Shown: positions 39,459 to 48,372, counted from the first letter of the stretch. The stretch: 60,511 bases of DNA from Patescibacteria group bacterium (GCA_038061995.1 JBBTYA010000002.1:1-60511); one strand, 5' to 3'. The notes: generated from the sequence alone by a model not told the origin. A program made the numbers and translations.

Positions 39459-39487
39459 TTGACACCTAGTTAACTTTATTGTATCTT
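39459..39487 (+). promoter_or_regulatory. Sigma70-type promoter
   Basis: TTGACA-17-TATCTT. Confidence 0.65.
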
Positions 39488-39535
39488 ATACATCGATCTT
39501 TCCCCCGTATCTTTCTGGGGAGGAGGTGAGGAAGA

Positions 39536-39640
39536 GTGGCGCGCGATTGCAACCACGACGGCAAGTGCGGCACCAAGAACCACAGCGGCAACAGCAGTCA
39601 CGGGTGGTGCAAGCACTGCAAGACCTGCAACCCCCGCTGA
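39536..39640 (+). CDS. 34-aa Cys/His-rich peptide
   Basis: GGAGGAGGTGAGG SD, GTG start, MARDCNHDGKCGTKNHSGNSSHGWCKHCKTCNPR*, followed by a hairpin; below the ORF track cutoff. Confidence 0.65.
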   Translation: MARDCNHDGKCGTKNHSGNSSHGWCKHCKTCNPR

Positions 39641-39654
39641 CCAACAAGTCGTGA

Positions 39655-39689
39655 CATGGGGGAGGCTCGCATAGCTCCCCCATGTTTTT
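39655..39689 (+). terminator. Terminator-like hairpin
   Basis: CATGGGGGAG...CTCCCCCATG followed by TTTTT. Confidence 0.7.
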
Positions 39690-39705
39690 CATAGGGAGGC
39701 ACCAA

Positions 39706-39930
39706 GTGGCTCAAGTGAGCAAGCCGTTTCGTGAACTGACGAAAGGGGAGGCGGAGAAGATCATTCGAGGGATCGTGAACTCGTCTCACTCGGAAGAAGA
39801 GATCCGCCGGCGCCTGACGGAGGCGGGCTTCAGTGGAGCGCACGCGGCTGTCTACACGCACAGCTTCGGCGACATGTTCCAAGCGATGGTGATGGTCTGC
39901 TCCCCGCGTGGGGAAATCATCAGCGTCTAG
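39706..39930 (+). CDS. Small hypothetical protein
   Basis: GGGAGG SD before GTG 39706. Confidence 0.65.
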   Translation: MAQVSKPFRELTKGEAEKIIRGIVNSSHSEEEIRRRLTEAGFSGAHAAVYTHSFGDMFQAMVMVCSPRGEIISV

Positions 39931-39948
39931 TTTCACAAGGAGAAGGCT

Positions 39949-40164
39949 ATGAGCGTTCGAGAACAAGCAGAAGAAGTCGTCGAGTCTCTCGACGACGCGA
40001 CGTTCTTCACCGCGCTTCAGGGGGAGTGCGAAGAGACGCTCTTCCTCCTGAGGACGCGAGGGCCGAGGGGTGGAACGAAGGGATGGCACGCGCTCATGCG
40101 CGCACACATGAGCAGCCTGCACAAGCTCACCGGAACGGCCTTGGGCCTCGACAAGAAGAAGTAG
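39949..40164 (+). CDS. Small hypothetical protein
   Basis: AAGGAG SD; followed by a terminator. Confidence 0.65.
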   Translation: MSVREQAEEVVESLDDATFFTALQGECEETLFLLRTRGPRGGTKGWHALMRAHMSSLHKLTGTALGLDKKK

Positions 40165-40181
40165 ACATCACGACGACGTAC

Positions 40182-40210
40182 GGCGGCTAGCGATAGCCGC
40201 CTTTCTTTTT
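40182..40210 (+). terminator. Intrinsic terminator
   Basis: GGCGGCTA-gcga-TAGCCGCC followed by TTTCTTTTT. Confidence 0.85.
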
Positions 40211-40259
40211 GCAAAAGTCTAGCATTCCCATTGGTGAGCGCGTAGAATAGAGCCTATCT

Positions 40260-40604
40260 ATGTCATTCGAAAACCCAACACCGCCACAGCTGGAGTCTGT
40301 AGAGAAAGAACCAACCCTCGCAGAGCGTTTGGGAGATGCCCTGCGCACGGAAGGCCTTGCGGGAGAGCGCACCAAGCAGTGCATCCAAGAGTGGTGGACT
40401 GCACGCGAAGCCCTTTCCGACGAAGCGCGGTGGGAAGCAGATCTCCAACGTGCCGAAATACTCTACACCGCAGGCTTAGTGACCGAAGCGCTTGAGGAAT
40501 ACGAATCTCTTGCCCAACAAGCCTACGAAGCCCAGAAAGACGACATCGTTGACCGTTGCGATCAGTGTATCGAGGCGATCCGCAAAACTATCCCAAACAA
40601 ATAA
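40260..40604 (+). CDS. Hypothetical helical protein
   Basis: 114-aa ORF with an upstream TAGAAT element. Confidence 0.6.
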   Translation: MSFENPTPPQLESVEKEPTLAERLGDALRTEGLAGERTKQCIQEWWTAREALSDEARWEADLQRAEILYTAGLVTEALEEYESLAQQAYEAQKDDIVDRCDQCIEAIRKTIPNK

Positions 40605-40652
40605 GTACTCACCATACTTGGTTTCGCTGGAGAGCGGGAGTAGAATGAGGAT

Positions 40653-40865
40653 ATGAAAAGCTATCTCAACATACTTTTGGCGGTGTTGGTTGTGGTAGTG
40701 CTTGGCTTAGTGTTTGCTTCTTTTGATAACGCTCCTGCGCCAGGAGGGAATGGGGGAAATGGTGGGCCGGTAGCATGCACGATGGATGCGAAGATCTGCC
40801 CCGATGGCTCCGCGGTAGGCCGCACCGGTCCTCGCTGTGAATTTGCTCCGTGCCCCGGTGAGTAG
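40653..40865 (+). CDS. Small exported protein with CT.DAK.CPDGS.VGR.GP.C.FAPCP motif
   Basis: Signal/TM segment plus a 4-Cys motif; paralog of 47741..48319. Confidence 0.8.
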   Translation: MKSYLNILLAVLVVVVLGLVFASFDNAPAPGGNGGNGGPVACTMDAKICPDGSAVGRTGPRCEFAPCPGE

Positions 40866-40926
40866 CTATGTGCGGTAGCTTGACCGTCTTCCTTTTGTAT
40901 AGCACAATAGCGCACGGAGGTTTTGC

Positions 40927-41232
40927 ATGAGCTTGATCACGCAGGTGGCGTACTTCGAGATGCACGATTCGTGCGGGCAGATCGTCTACTACAAAGACGG
41001 GGAGCAGCGTAGAACCGATCCCTACTTCTCGAAGGACTTCGCGGTCCTGATGTGCCGCACCCTCTTTCTTCTGAAGTGGATTTCGGAAGAGGAGTTCATG
41101 GCGGTGCGAGAGCAGATCTCCAACGCGGAAGAACTTCTCGAAGGAGGTTGGCCGACCCTTTCGGATGAGGAGCTCCTCGAGATCTCCAACGGATTTCTGA
41201 CCATGGGAAGCCCGTCGGAAGCCGTTCACTAG
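40927..41232 (+). CDS. Small hypothetical protein (orphan cassette)
   Basis: GGAGGT SD, upstream TTGACC; terminator at 41240-41277. Confidence 0.7.
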   Translation: MSLITQVAYFEMHDSCGQIVYYKDGEQRRTDPYFSKDFAVLMCRTLFLLKWISEEEFMAVREQISNAEELLEGGWPTLSDEELLEISNGFLTMGSPSEAVH

Positions 41233-41239
41233 TCCCTTC

Positions 41240-41277
41240 ACGCCCTGTGCACCCGTTGCATAGGGCGTCTGTTTTTT
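41240..41277 (+). terminator. Intrinsic terminator
   Basis: ACGCCCTGTGCA-cccgt-TGCATAGGGCGT followed by a T tract. Confidence 0.8.
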
Positions 41278-41305
41278 AGGAATGATGTGGGATAGAATGA
41301 CTGCA

Positions 41306-42319
41306 ATGAAGCGCTTCTCTTATAGTGTGATGACGCTGGTACTCGTTGTGCTTGTGGTGGGCGGTGTTTCGCTTTTGAACGGCAGGAGCCAGACCATCAC
41401 CAACGGAACTGAAACAGGATCGCCATTTTCATTCCCCGACGTTCCTTCTTTCTTTTCCAGCAAAGAGGGAAGCATGATCTTTGTGGGAGATATTATGCTC
41501 TCGCGTTCCGTGGGCATTCGGATGGCGAAAGAAAACGATTACACCTTTCCATTCCTGCACGCCGCCGCGTTTTTGCAGGATGCAGATATCACCTTCGCGA
41601 ATCTTGAGAACCCTGTTTCTACTCGGGGGAAGAACGTGGGGAGCATCTACTCGTTTCGTGCTGATCCAAAAACCATTGAAGGGCTTCTGTTCGCGGGCTT
41701 CGATGTGGTCTCCATCGCCAATAACCACCTGTGGGACTACGGGCGTGAAGCGTTCCTTGATACGCTCTCGCACCTCACGCAGGCCGGCATTGATTTCGTG
41801 GGCGGTGGGAACAACATCGCAGAGGCAGAGCGCCCCGTGATCCGAGATGTGCATGGCACGCGGGTGGCGTTCTTAGCCTATACCGAATTTCTGCAGAGCG
41901 CGGTGGCGCGTGAGACATCGGCGGGTATCAGCCGATGGGATCCTGAGCGCATGGCCGCTGCTATTGCCAGCGCAAAGCAAGCGAATGATATTGTCGTGGT
42001 TTCGTTGCACTGGGGTGAGGAGTACAAAACACAGCACAACCAACAGCAAGAAACTATCGCGAAAGCAGCAATTGATGCGGGGGCAGATCTGGTCATCGGG
42101 CACCATCCGCATGTGGTGCAAGAAGTGGAGCGCTACAAAGAAGGTTGGATAGCCTACAGCCTGGGTAATTTTATATTTGATCAGTATTTTTCAGAAGAAA
42201 CGATGCGGGGCCTTGTGCTGAAGGTGCGCATCAAAGAGGGGAAAGTGCAGAGCGTAGAAGAATATGATAGCGCGCTCTCAAAAGAGTTTCAGGTGCGCAT
42301 CACCGCACGCGAGATATAA
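41306..42319 (+). CDS. CapA-family (PGA_cap) metallophosphatase-like protein
   Basis: VGDIML, NLE, SIANNH, HWGEEY, GHHPHV, YSLGNFIFDQ. Confidence 0.92.
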   Translation: MKRFSYSVMTLVLVVLVVGGVSLLNGRSQTITNGTETGSPFSFPDVPSFFSSKEGSMIFVGDIMLSRSVGIRMAKENDYTFPFLHAAAFLQDADITFANLENPVSTRGKNVGSIYSFRADPKTIEGLLFAGFDVVSIANNHLWDYGREAFLDTLSHLTQAGIDFVGGGNNIAEAERPVIRDVHGTRVAFLAYTEFLQSAVARETSAGISRWDPERMAAAIASAKQANDIVVVSLHWGEEYKTQHNQQQETIAKAAIDAGADLVIGHHPHVVQEVERYKEGWIAYSLGNFIFDQYFSEETMRGLVLKVRIKEGKVQSVEEYDSALSKEFQVRITAREI

Positions 42320-42347
42320 GACATAGTACAACTGGCCAGTATAATAA

Positions 42348-42376
42348 TTGACATAAGGTCTATAACTTTATATAAT
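42348..42376 (+). promoter_or_regulatory. Perfect-consensus sigma70 promoter
   Basis: TTGACA-17-TATAAT. Confidence 0.9.
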
Positions 42377-42466
42377 ATTTTTACTGGAGTGCTACGGCAC
42401 TACCAGAGGCTGTGGTGACTGAACGCCTACTGGCGTATCGGCATCACATTAACAAAGAGGAAGCAC

Positions 42467-43429
42467 ATGGAATTCGCCGGTTTGTTGTTGAACGCCGCAA
42501 ACGTGTTCATCTGGATCTTCGGGCTCTTGATGATGGCGGCTGGCGCGATCAAGCTGATCGCCAAGCGTGTGCGCGGGCAGTGCTATATCGTCTACAACCA
42601 CAAGAACAATCGCATCGCCGTCTGCACTGCGGATCAGTTTCAGAAGGCGCCGCCACGCACGGCTGGGTACTACCGAATCGTGCGCGAGGTGAAGTACTTC
42701 AGCCGGCTCTCGAAGTGCGCCGCTGCGTTCCACCGGCTCGCCGAGCAGGGGTTAGTTCGCTCTTCTGACGAGCTCTTCGTACCCTTCTTGTCGAGCATGC
42801 ACATGACGCAAGAGGCGCAACGGAAGCTGTTCGCCAACGCTAACCTGGACGACGGCGATCTCACCGCTGAGCCTCCGGCGTGGGGAGAGGAGATGCTCCA
42901 TGAAATGCGAGAGGCGAACTGGCTTCGCCTCTTCGCCTTCAGCGGGTACTCTCGGTTCTTGCCGCTGGTGTTGGAGATTGTGAGTCTCGTGATGGCAGCT
43001 CTGTTGGCGGTAGCAATGGTAGCCTACGTCTTCCGTTCGCCTCAGGACAGATCTCATGTGGAGGCCCGTTTCCACTACTTCACCAACGGAGAACGAGCCG
43101 TTCCCATCACGGTTACGGACGCTGAGCTTCCGAAGTTGCCCATGCGCGACATGGAGGCGCAGTATCGGCAAGTGCAGCGAGGCATCGTGTTTCGCGTGAT
43201 GCCCATCGGCGGCGGCCTGGACTACGGCTGTCTCTCACAGATGGACGGACGGCATGTGTGCGGGTTCGCGGCACGGGAGCTCGGATGGCGTCTCGGCACG
43301 CTTGCGTTTCTGCGACCTGGCCGCGCAAGTCAGAACGGCCTTGTCCAGGGCGCTGAATGGCTCTGGTGGGGCATCAACGAACGCGAAGCTGATGCGCTCG
43401 AGCGCGTCGGCTTCAAAGTGACGCACTAG
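42467..43429 (+). CDS. Hypothetical 2-TM membrane protein (orphan cassette)
   Basis: 320-aa ORF, AGAGGA SD, C/G-ending codons, own promoter and terminator. Confidence 0.75.
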   Translation: MEFAGLLLNAANVFIWIFGLLMMAAGAIKLIAKRVRGQCYIVYNHKNNRIAVCTADQFQKAPPRTAGYYRIVREVKYFSRLSKCAAAFHRLAEQGLVRSSDELFVPFLSSMHMTQEAQRKLFANANLDDGDLTAEPPAWGEEMLHEMREANWLRLFAFSGYSRFLPLVLEIVSLVMAALLAVAMVAYVFRSPQDRSHVEARFHYFTNGERAVPITVTDAELPKLPMRDMEAQYRQVQRGIVFRVMPIGGGLDYGCLSQMDGRHVCGFAARELGWRLGTLAFLRPGRASQNGLVQGAEWLWWGINEREADALERVGFKVTH

Positions 43430-43436
43430 TTCTTCC

Positions 43437-43477
43437 CCCCAGAGTGGCGGCACCGCCTCCACTCTGGGGATTTTTTT
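43437..43477 (+). terminator. Intrinsic terminator
   Basis: CCCCAGAGTGG...CCACTCTGGGG followed by T7. Confidence 0.85.
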
Positions 43478-43514
43478 ATTGTGCGTGCATGCGCGGACGC
43501 GGTATACTACATAC

Positions 43515-44504
43515 ATGAAAGAGGGCATGCCACTACCGCAGAAAGAGAAAAAAGATATTCGCTCACTGTTAGACGTGTTGCGTCGCGGTGCAGTGATGGG
43601 CATGCTCGGTGTGGCAACGGCACAGGGCGCAGAAAGCGCTCCCGTGGCATACGCGGGTCACACACATGAAGAACCTTCTGCAGAGGCAACGAACATTGAG
43701 CGAACACATGAGGGAGCGCTCACCGAAGCGCAGATTCGCACCATGCTGCGCTATGACGTAGGCGAGCGCGTTTTTTTGGGTACAGAGAAAGGGACGGCGC
43801 GCATAGCAGAAGGCCGCGGTGAGTGGATTGGAGCCTCCGCTACTGCTATTCGAGAACTGCTTGATCGCGGTGAGGGGGCGCCGATCATCGGCCACACGCA
43901 TCCGCTTTCAATCTATCGCAACGTTGGGTACACGGCAGAAGATTTAGAGACACTGCGAGCCCGCGGCGAGACTCCCGGGCCCATGCCACCCAGTTTCACT
44001 GATGTGCTGGGTGCTATCAATACTGCAGAACATTTCAGTGAGAGTGAGGTTGCTATTCTGAGTCGCGCATATGATCCCACGGGCGTGTGGGAGTATTCTA
44101 TTGATGAAGATCACGTCGCAGTGCGCACCTTTCTCCGTTTTCGAGACGGCTTAGAGCGTGCGGTAAACGACGCACTTACCACCGACGAGCATGCGCAGAT
44201 GCGGGAGTGGAGCATTCAGAATGTACACCCAGCAAAGCGCATCCAACTGGTAAGGAAAAAAGTGAATGGCGTACCGATAGCTGCCAAGATGGAAATGGCC
44301 ATGATGCGCTTCACTGCCTCACTTCCAGAAAGGACGCTCCGCATCGTGGAGCGCTTCGCGAGTTTAGAAACACTGAGCGTACAACTGGCGAGCGCGAAAC
44401 GAAATGCGGCTGACTCCCAGCAGATTGCACGCGCTATAGACACCTACATTACTTCGTGCGAACGTTTGGGCATCTCGGTTTCGTATCAGGCATATCAGCA
44501 GTAA
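43515..44504 (+). CDS. Exported protein with a JAB/MPN-like metal-binding motif
   Basis: RR plus hydrophobic leader; E...GHTHP...PPSFTD. Confidence 0.55.
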   Translation: MKEGMPLPQKEKKDIRSLLDVLRRGAVMGMLGVATAQGAESAPVAYAGHTHEEPSAEATNIERTHEGALTEAQIRTMLRYDVGERVFLGTEKGTARIAEGRGEWIGASATAIRELLDRGEGAPIIGHTHPLSIYRNVGYTAEDLETLRARGETPGPMPPSFTDVLGAINTAEHFSESEVAILSRAYDPTGVWEYSIDEDHVAVRTFLRFRDGLERAVNDALTTDEHAQMREWSIQNVHPAKRIQLVRKKVNGVPIAAKMEMAMMRFTASLPERTLRIVERFASLETLSVQLASAKRNAADSQQIARAIDTYITSCERLGISVSYQAYQQ

Positions 44505-45583
44505 TGAATCTTTCTGACATTGCACAACTCCGCTTGCGGAACCAACATATTGGGAGCGCGCCATTTCAGAAGCCAGAAGATGTGGTGCGGCATTTAGGCG
44601 CCGTGCAGGCACAAGACTTCCCTAGTGCGCTCTGGGCTATTGGGTTGCGCATGAAGCGTGCGAACGAGCAGGTGATTGAAGACGCGCTCTCAAAGGGGCG
44701 TATCGTGCGTACGTGGCCGATGCGTTCTACGTTGCATTTTGTTGCACGAGAAGATGTGCGGTGGATGCTCGATCTCATGACGCCCCGCGTGCTTTCTGCC
44801 TACGCGCACCGCATGCGCTACCACGGCATTACCACCGCAACCTATGATAAAAGCCGTGTCATTTTTGAAAAAGCGTTGAAGGGTGGCAAGGCGCTCACGC
44901 GAGAAGAATTATATATAGCGTTAGAAGCCGCCGGCATTCCCGCAAAGAAAGGAAGTCTTGGATTGCACATCATTGGGCGCCTAGCACATGAACAGTTGCT
45001 TTGTTTTGGTCCACGGCGAGGTAAGCAGCAAACACTCGTGTTGTTAGATGAGTGGGTGCCGCGCACAGAAAAGCCGCGCGAACGTGACGATGCGCTACGT
45101 GAACTTGCGGTGCGCTACTTCACAAGCCACGGCCCTGCGCAGGAAAAAGATCTCGCGTGGTGGTCAGGACTTTCTCTGAAAGACATTCGAGCAGGCATTG
45201 CGCATGCGGGAAAAAAGCTCGTAAGTGTAGAGGTAGAAGGTGCAACCTATTGGATGGCGCCACAGCGCATTATTCCTCAAGCAACGGGCAGCGCGTTTCT
45301 CTTGCCTGCGTTTGATGAATTCTTTGTTGCCTATCGAGACAGAAGCGCTTCACTGGAAGCGATACATGCAAAGCACATCAACCCAGGTGCGAATGGCATG
45401 CTTCAACCTATTATCGTGATCGACGGGCAAGTGATTGGTATATGGAAGCGCGCGCTCATAAAAGATACCGTGCAAATAACCCCGCGCTTTTTTGCAGAAC
45501 CTTCTCCAAAAGCAAAAGCTGTAATACATGAGGCGAGCGAGCGCTACGCTAGTTTTCTTAGACTTCCCGTTCGTTGGGAGTAG
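44504..45583 (+). CDS. AlkZ/YcaQ-like winged-helix DNA glycosylase (HTH_42)
   Basis: AVQAQD, VRTWPMRSTLH, YFTSHGPA..DLAWWSG, LLPAFDEF. Confidence 0.9.
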   Translation: MNLSDIAQLRLRNQHIGSAPFQKPEDVVRHLGAVQAQDFPSALWAIGLRMKRANEQVIEDALSKGRIVRTWPMRSTLHFVAREDVRWMLDLMTPRVLSAYAHRMRYHGITTATYDKSRVIFEKALKGGKALTREELYIALEAAGIPAKKGSLGLHIIGRLAHEQLLCFGPRRGKQQTLVLLDEWVPRTEKPRERDDALRELAVRYFTSHGPAQEKDLAWWSGLSLKDIRAGIAHAGKKLVSVEVEGATYWMAPQRIIPQATGSAFLLPAFDEFFVAYRDRSASLEAIHAKHINPGANGMLQPIIVIDGQVIGIWKRALIKDTVQITPRFFAEPSPKAKAVIHEASERYASFLRLPVRWE

Positions 45584-45601
45584 GGTATACTTTCTAAAAA
45601 C

Positions 45602-46024
45602 ATGAAACTCAACGTACAACTGCTAAACAAAGATGCGCGGATGCCGAGCTATGCCAACGCTGGTGATGCGGGGATGGATCTCTACACCGTCTCGCGTATG
45701 GTGATAAAACCAAAACAGCTTGTGGCGGTGCCTACAGGCATTGCGATGGCGCTCCCGCGTGGCACGGTAGGGCTCATTTGGGATAAAAGTGGATTAGCGA
45801 TAAAACATGGGCTCAAGGTAATGGGCGGTGTGATCGATTCTAGCTACCGTGGCGAAGTGCAGGTGGGGATCATCAACCTTGGTACAAAGGCGGTAACGCT
45901 CGAGGCAGGACACAAAGTGGCACAGATGCTGATTCAAAAAGTAGAGCATGTTTCTTTCAAGCAAGTTGTTTCTCTCTCCACAACCAAACGTGGCGCAAAG
46001 GGCTTTGGCTCGAGTGGGAAGTAG
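45602..46024 (+). CDS. dut: dUTP diphosphatase
   Basis: AGMDL, DKSGLA, GVIDSSYRGE, RGAKGFGSSG. Confidence 0.97.
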   Translation: MKLNVQLLNKDARMPSYANAGDAGMDLYTVSRMVIKPKQLVAVPTGIAMALPRGTVGLIWDKSGLAIKHGLKVMGGVIDSSYRGEVQVGIINLGTKAVTLEAGHKVAQMLIQKVEHVSFKQVVSLSTTKRGAKGFGSSGK

Positions 46025-46062
46025 CTTGCAGGGGATTTCTAAGGGGCGTACAGTTGGGAGGC

Positions 46063-47181
46063 ATGGCATTCCTTATTGGCGCTCTTTATCGCCACATTGC
46101 AAAGCCGATTCTCTTTCTGTTTCCGGCAGATCTCGTACATGAGTGGGCCCTTGTGCTTGGTTTGTGGCTAGGGCGCTTTGCGCTCCCGCGCGACGTTATT
46201 CGTGCGCTTCTTTTGTATACGCATCCAAGCTTGCGCACAGAAGTTGCCGGCATTTCTTTTGAAAATCCAGTAGGGCTTGCCGCTGGCTTTGATTACGACG
46301 CACGCTTGATTGGTATCATGCCGAGTGTCGGATTTGGCTTTCACACCGTGGGTACAGTCACGCACCAAGCCTACGGCGGGAACCCGCCACCCATGTTAGG
46401 GCGCTTGCCTCGTTCACGTTCCCTCTTGGTGAATAAAGGATTTAAGAACGCAGGCATGGAACGTATCCTCGCTACGCTTCCTACGCAGGGGAGTATCCCT
46501 GTGGGCATGAGCATTGGGTCTACAAATCGAGCGTATGCATCATTCGATGCAGTGATTACTGATATCGCCACTGGATTCCGAGCGGCACACGCGCACCCAC
46601 TTTTGACTTACCTTGAGCTCAACATCAGTTGTCCGAATCTTATCCACGTTACGTCATTTGCAGAGCGCCCCGACACGCCAACGGGCTTACGACGCATTCT
46701 GGAAGCGCTCGCACCTCTAGAAATATCGCGACCCGTGTTTATTAAAATGCCCCTCGAGCGTTCACTCGATGAGATGGATGCGCTTCTCGCTGTTGCGAGC
46801 GAGTTCCCCTTTATTCGCGGTGTTATCCTCTCCAATTTAGTGAAAGATCGGGGTAATTCAGCACTTGATCCAGAAGAAGTGGCACATGCGGGCAAGGGGA
46901 ATTTTAGTGGTGCGCCAACGCGTATAGGTTCTAACGCGCTGATCAGTTACGCATACACACGCTACGGCTCTCGCTTCGTCATTATTGGGTGCGGTGGTAT
47001 TTTTACCACAGAAGACGCCTATGAAAAAATTCGTCTGGGCGCGTCGCTAGTGCAGCTAATCACCGCTATGATTTACGAAGGTCCGCAATGCATCGGAGAG
47101 ATTAATGAAGGATTGGTGCGCCTTTTAAAGCGTGACGGCTATGCGCGCATTCATGAGGCGGTGGGGGCGGCACACCGTTAA
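46063..47181 (+). CDS. pyrD: Dihydroorotate dehydrogenase, class 2-like
   Basis: NPVGLAAGFD, GNPPPMLGRL, NISCPN, GNFSGAP, IIGCGGI, GASLVQL. Confidence 0.9.
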   Translation: MAFLIGALYRHIAKPILFLFPADLVHEWALVLGLWLGRFALPRDVIRALLLYTHPSLRTEVAGISFENPVGLAAGFDYDARLIGIMPSVGFGFHTVGTVTHQAYGGNPPPMLGRLPRSRSLLVNKGFKNAGMERILATLPTQGSIPVGMSIGSTNRAYASFDAVITDIATGFRAAHAHPLLTYLELNISCPNLIHVTSFAERPDTPTGLRRILEALAPLEISRPVFIKMPLERSLDEMDALLAVASEFPFIRGVILSNLVKDRGNSALDPEEVAHAGKGNFSGAPTRIGSNALISYAYTRYGSRFVIIGCGGIFTTEDAYEKIRLGASLVQLITAMIYEGPQCIGEINEGLVRLLKRDGYARIHEAVGAAHR

Positions 47182-47200
47182 ACCTGTGGTACTATAGGGC

Positions 47201-47695
47201 ATGCGTTATATCATTCTTCTCATTGTTGTTTTGGGCGGTGGGTGGTTACTGTGGCAAAAAGGGGACACCACTCTTGAATATGCGAGTGATTATGGAAATG
47301 CAGCATACACTATAGAAGGGAAGCGCGTGCAATTAGTGGAGGGCGCCGCAGAAGCCGAGGGCGTTATTACGCAAGAGTTTGGCAACGAGGTGATGGGCGA
47401 TTTTTCTGGTGATGGCATTGCTGACGTTGCCTTTATTTTGGCACAACAACCTGGTGGCACAGGCACGTTTTATTACATTGCTGTTGCGCGTGGTGCTGAA
47501 GGTGGCTATGTAGGCACGAATGCTCTTTTATTAGGCGATCGCATTGCGCCTCAAACAACTGAGATCCGCGACGGAGCTATTATCGTGAACTACGCTGATC
47601 GAAAGCCGGGCGAGCCTATGACCGCTGATCCTTCAGTGGGGGTCTCCCGTACGTTCCGCATGGAAAGCGGTATTTTGAAAGAAATTACTCAGTAG
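47201..47695 (+). CDS. Membrane-anchored hypothetical protein
   Basis: N-terminal TM; FGNEVMGD, GGTGTFYY, LGDRIAPQ, VNYADR. Confidence 0.75.
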   Translation: MRYIILLIVVLGGGWLLWQKGDTTLEYASDYGNAAYTIEGKRVQLVEGAAEAEGVITQEFGNEVMGDFSGDGIADVAFILAQQPGGTGTFYYIAVARGAEGGYVGTNALLLGDRIAPQTTEIRDGAIIVNYADRKPGEPMTADPSVGVSRTFRMESGILKEITQ

Positions 47696-47740
47696 CATGC
47701 TCTTCTTGGTATTCGTGGAGAGAGCGAGTAGACTGAGGAC

Positions 47741-48319
47741 ATGAAAAGCTACTTAAACATTCTCCTTGCGGTGTTGGCAGTGGTGGTGCTGGGTGTTGTG
47801 TTTACGTCTTTTGATAATGCGCCAGCTCCTGGAGGTATCGCTTGCACTGAGGAAGCGAAATTGTGCCCTGATGGTTCTGCGGTGGGGCGTACGGGGCCGA
47901 ATTGCGCCTTCGCGCCATGCCCGGGGACGATCGCCTATACCAATAGTGATTATGGATTTGCACTTGCGTTACCCCAAAGCTGGAACGACTTTACAGTGGT
48001 GAAGGGAACTCGAGAGGTTCGCGACATAGCAACGGGTTTAGTAGTGGGCTCAGCGCCAACTGTCGCCATTCGCCATCCAAAGTGGACAGAGGCCGTGCCA
48101 CGCCAAGATGTTCCAGTTGATGTGTATACGCTTGCTCAGTGGGAGGGTATTGCTGCGGGAAAGTATTCGGTTGGTGCCGCGCCTATGGCGCCTACAGAGC
48201 TTGCGCGCAGTAGTCGCTATGTCTTTGCGCTCCCCGCTCGCTACAACTATGCATTTCCAGCTGGGTTTGAAGAGGTAGAAACTATTCTCTCTGAAGGTGC
48301 GCTTTCTGTGCTGCGGTAG
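47741..48319 (+). CDS. Exported protein: 4-Cys motif plus a C-terminal domain
   Basis: N-terminus near-identical to 40653..40865, then YTNSDYGF.L.LP..W. Confidence 0.8.
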   Translation: MKSYLNILLAVLAVVVLGVVFTSFDNAPAPGGIACTEEAKLCPDGSAVGRTGPNCAFAPCPGTIAYTNSDYGFALALPQSWNDFTVVKGTREVRDIATGLVVGSAPTVAIRHPKWTEAVPRQDVPVDVYTLAQWEGIAAGKYSVGAAPMAPTELARSSRYVFALPARYNYAFPAGFEEVETILSEGALSVLR

Positions 48320-48338
48320 TTGTTGGGGATAGTGGGTA

Positions 48339-48367
48339 TTGACTTTTTTGGCCAAATATGATAGTAT
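48339..48367 (+). promoter_or_regulatory. Sigma70-type promoter
   Basis: TTGACT-17-TAGTAT with extended TG. Confidence 0.75.
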
Positions 48368-48372
48368 GACAA

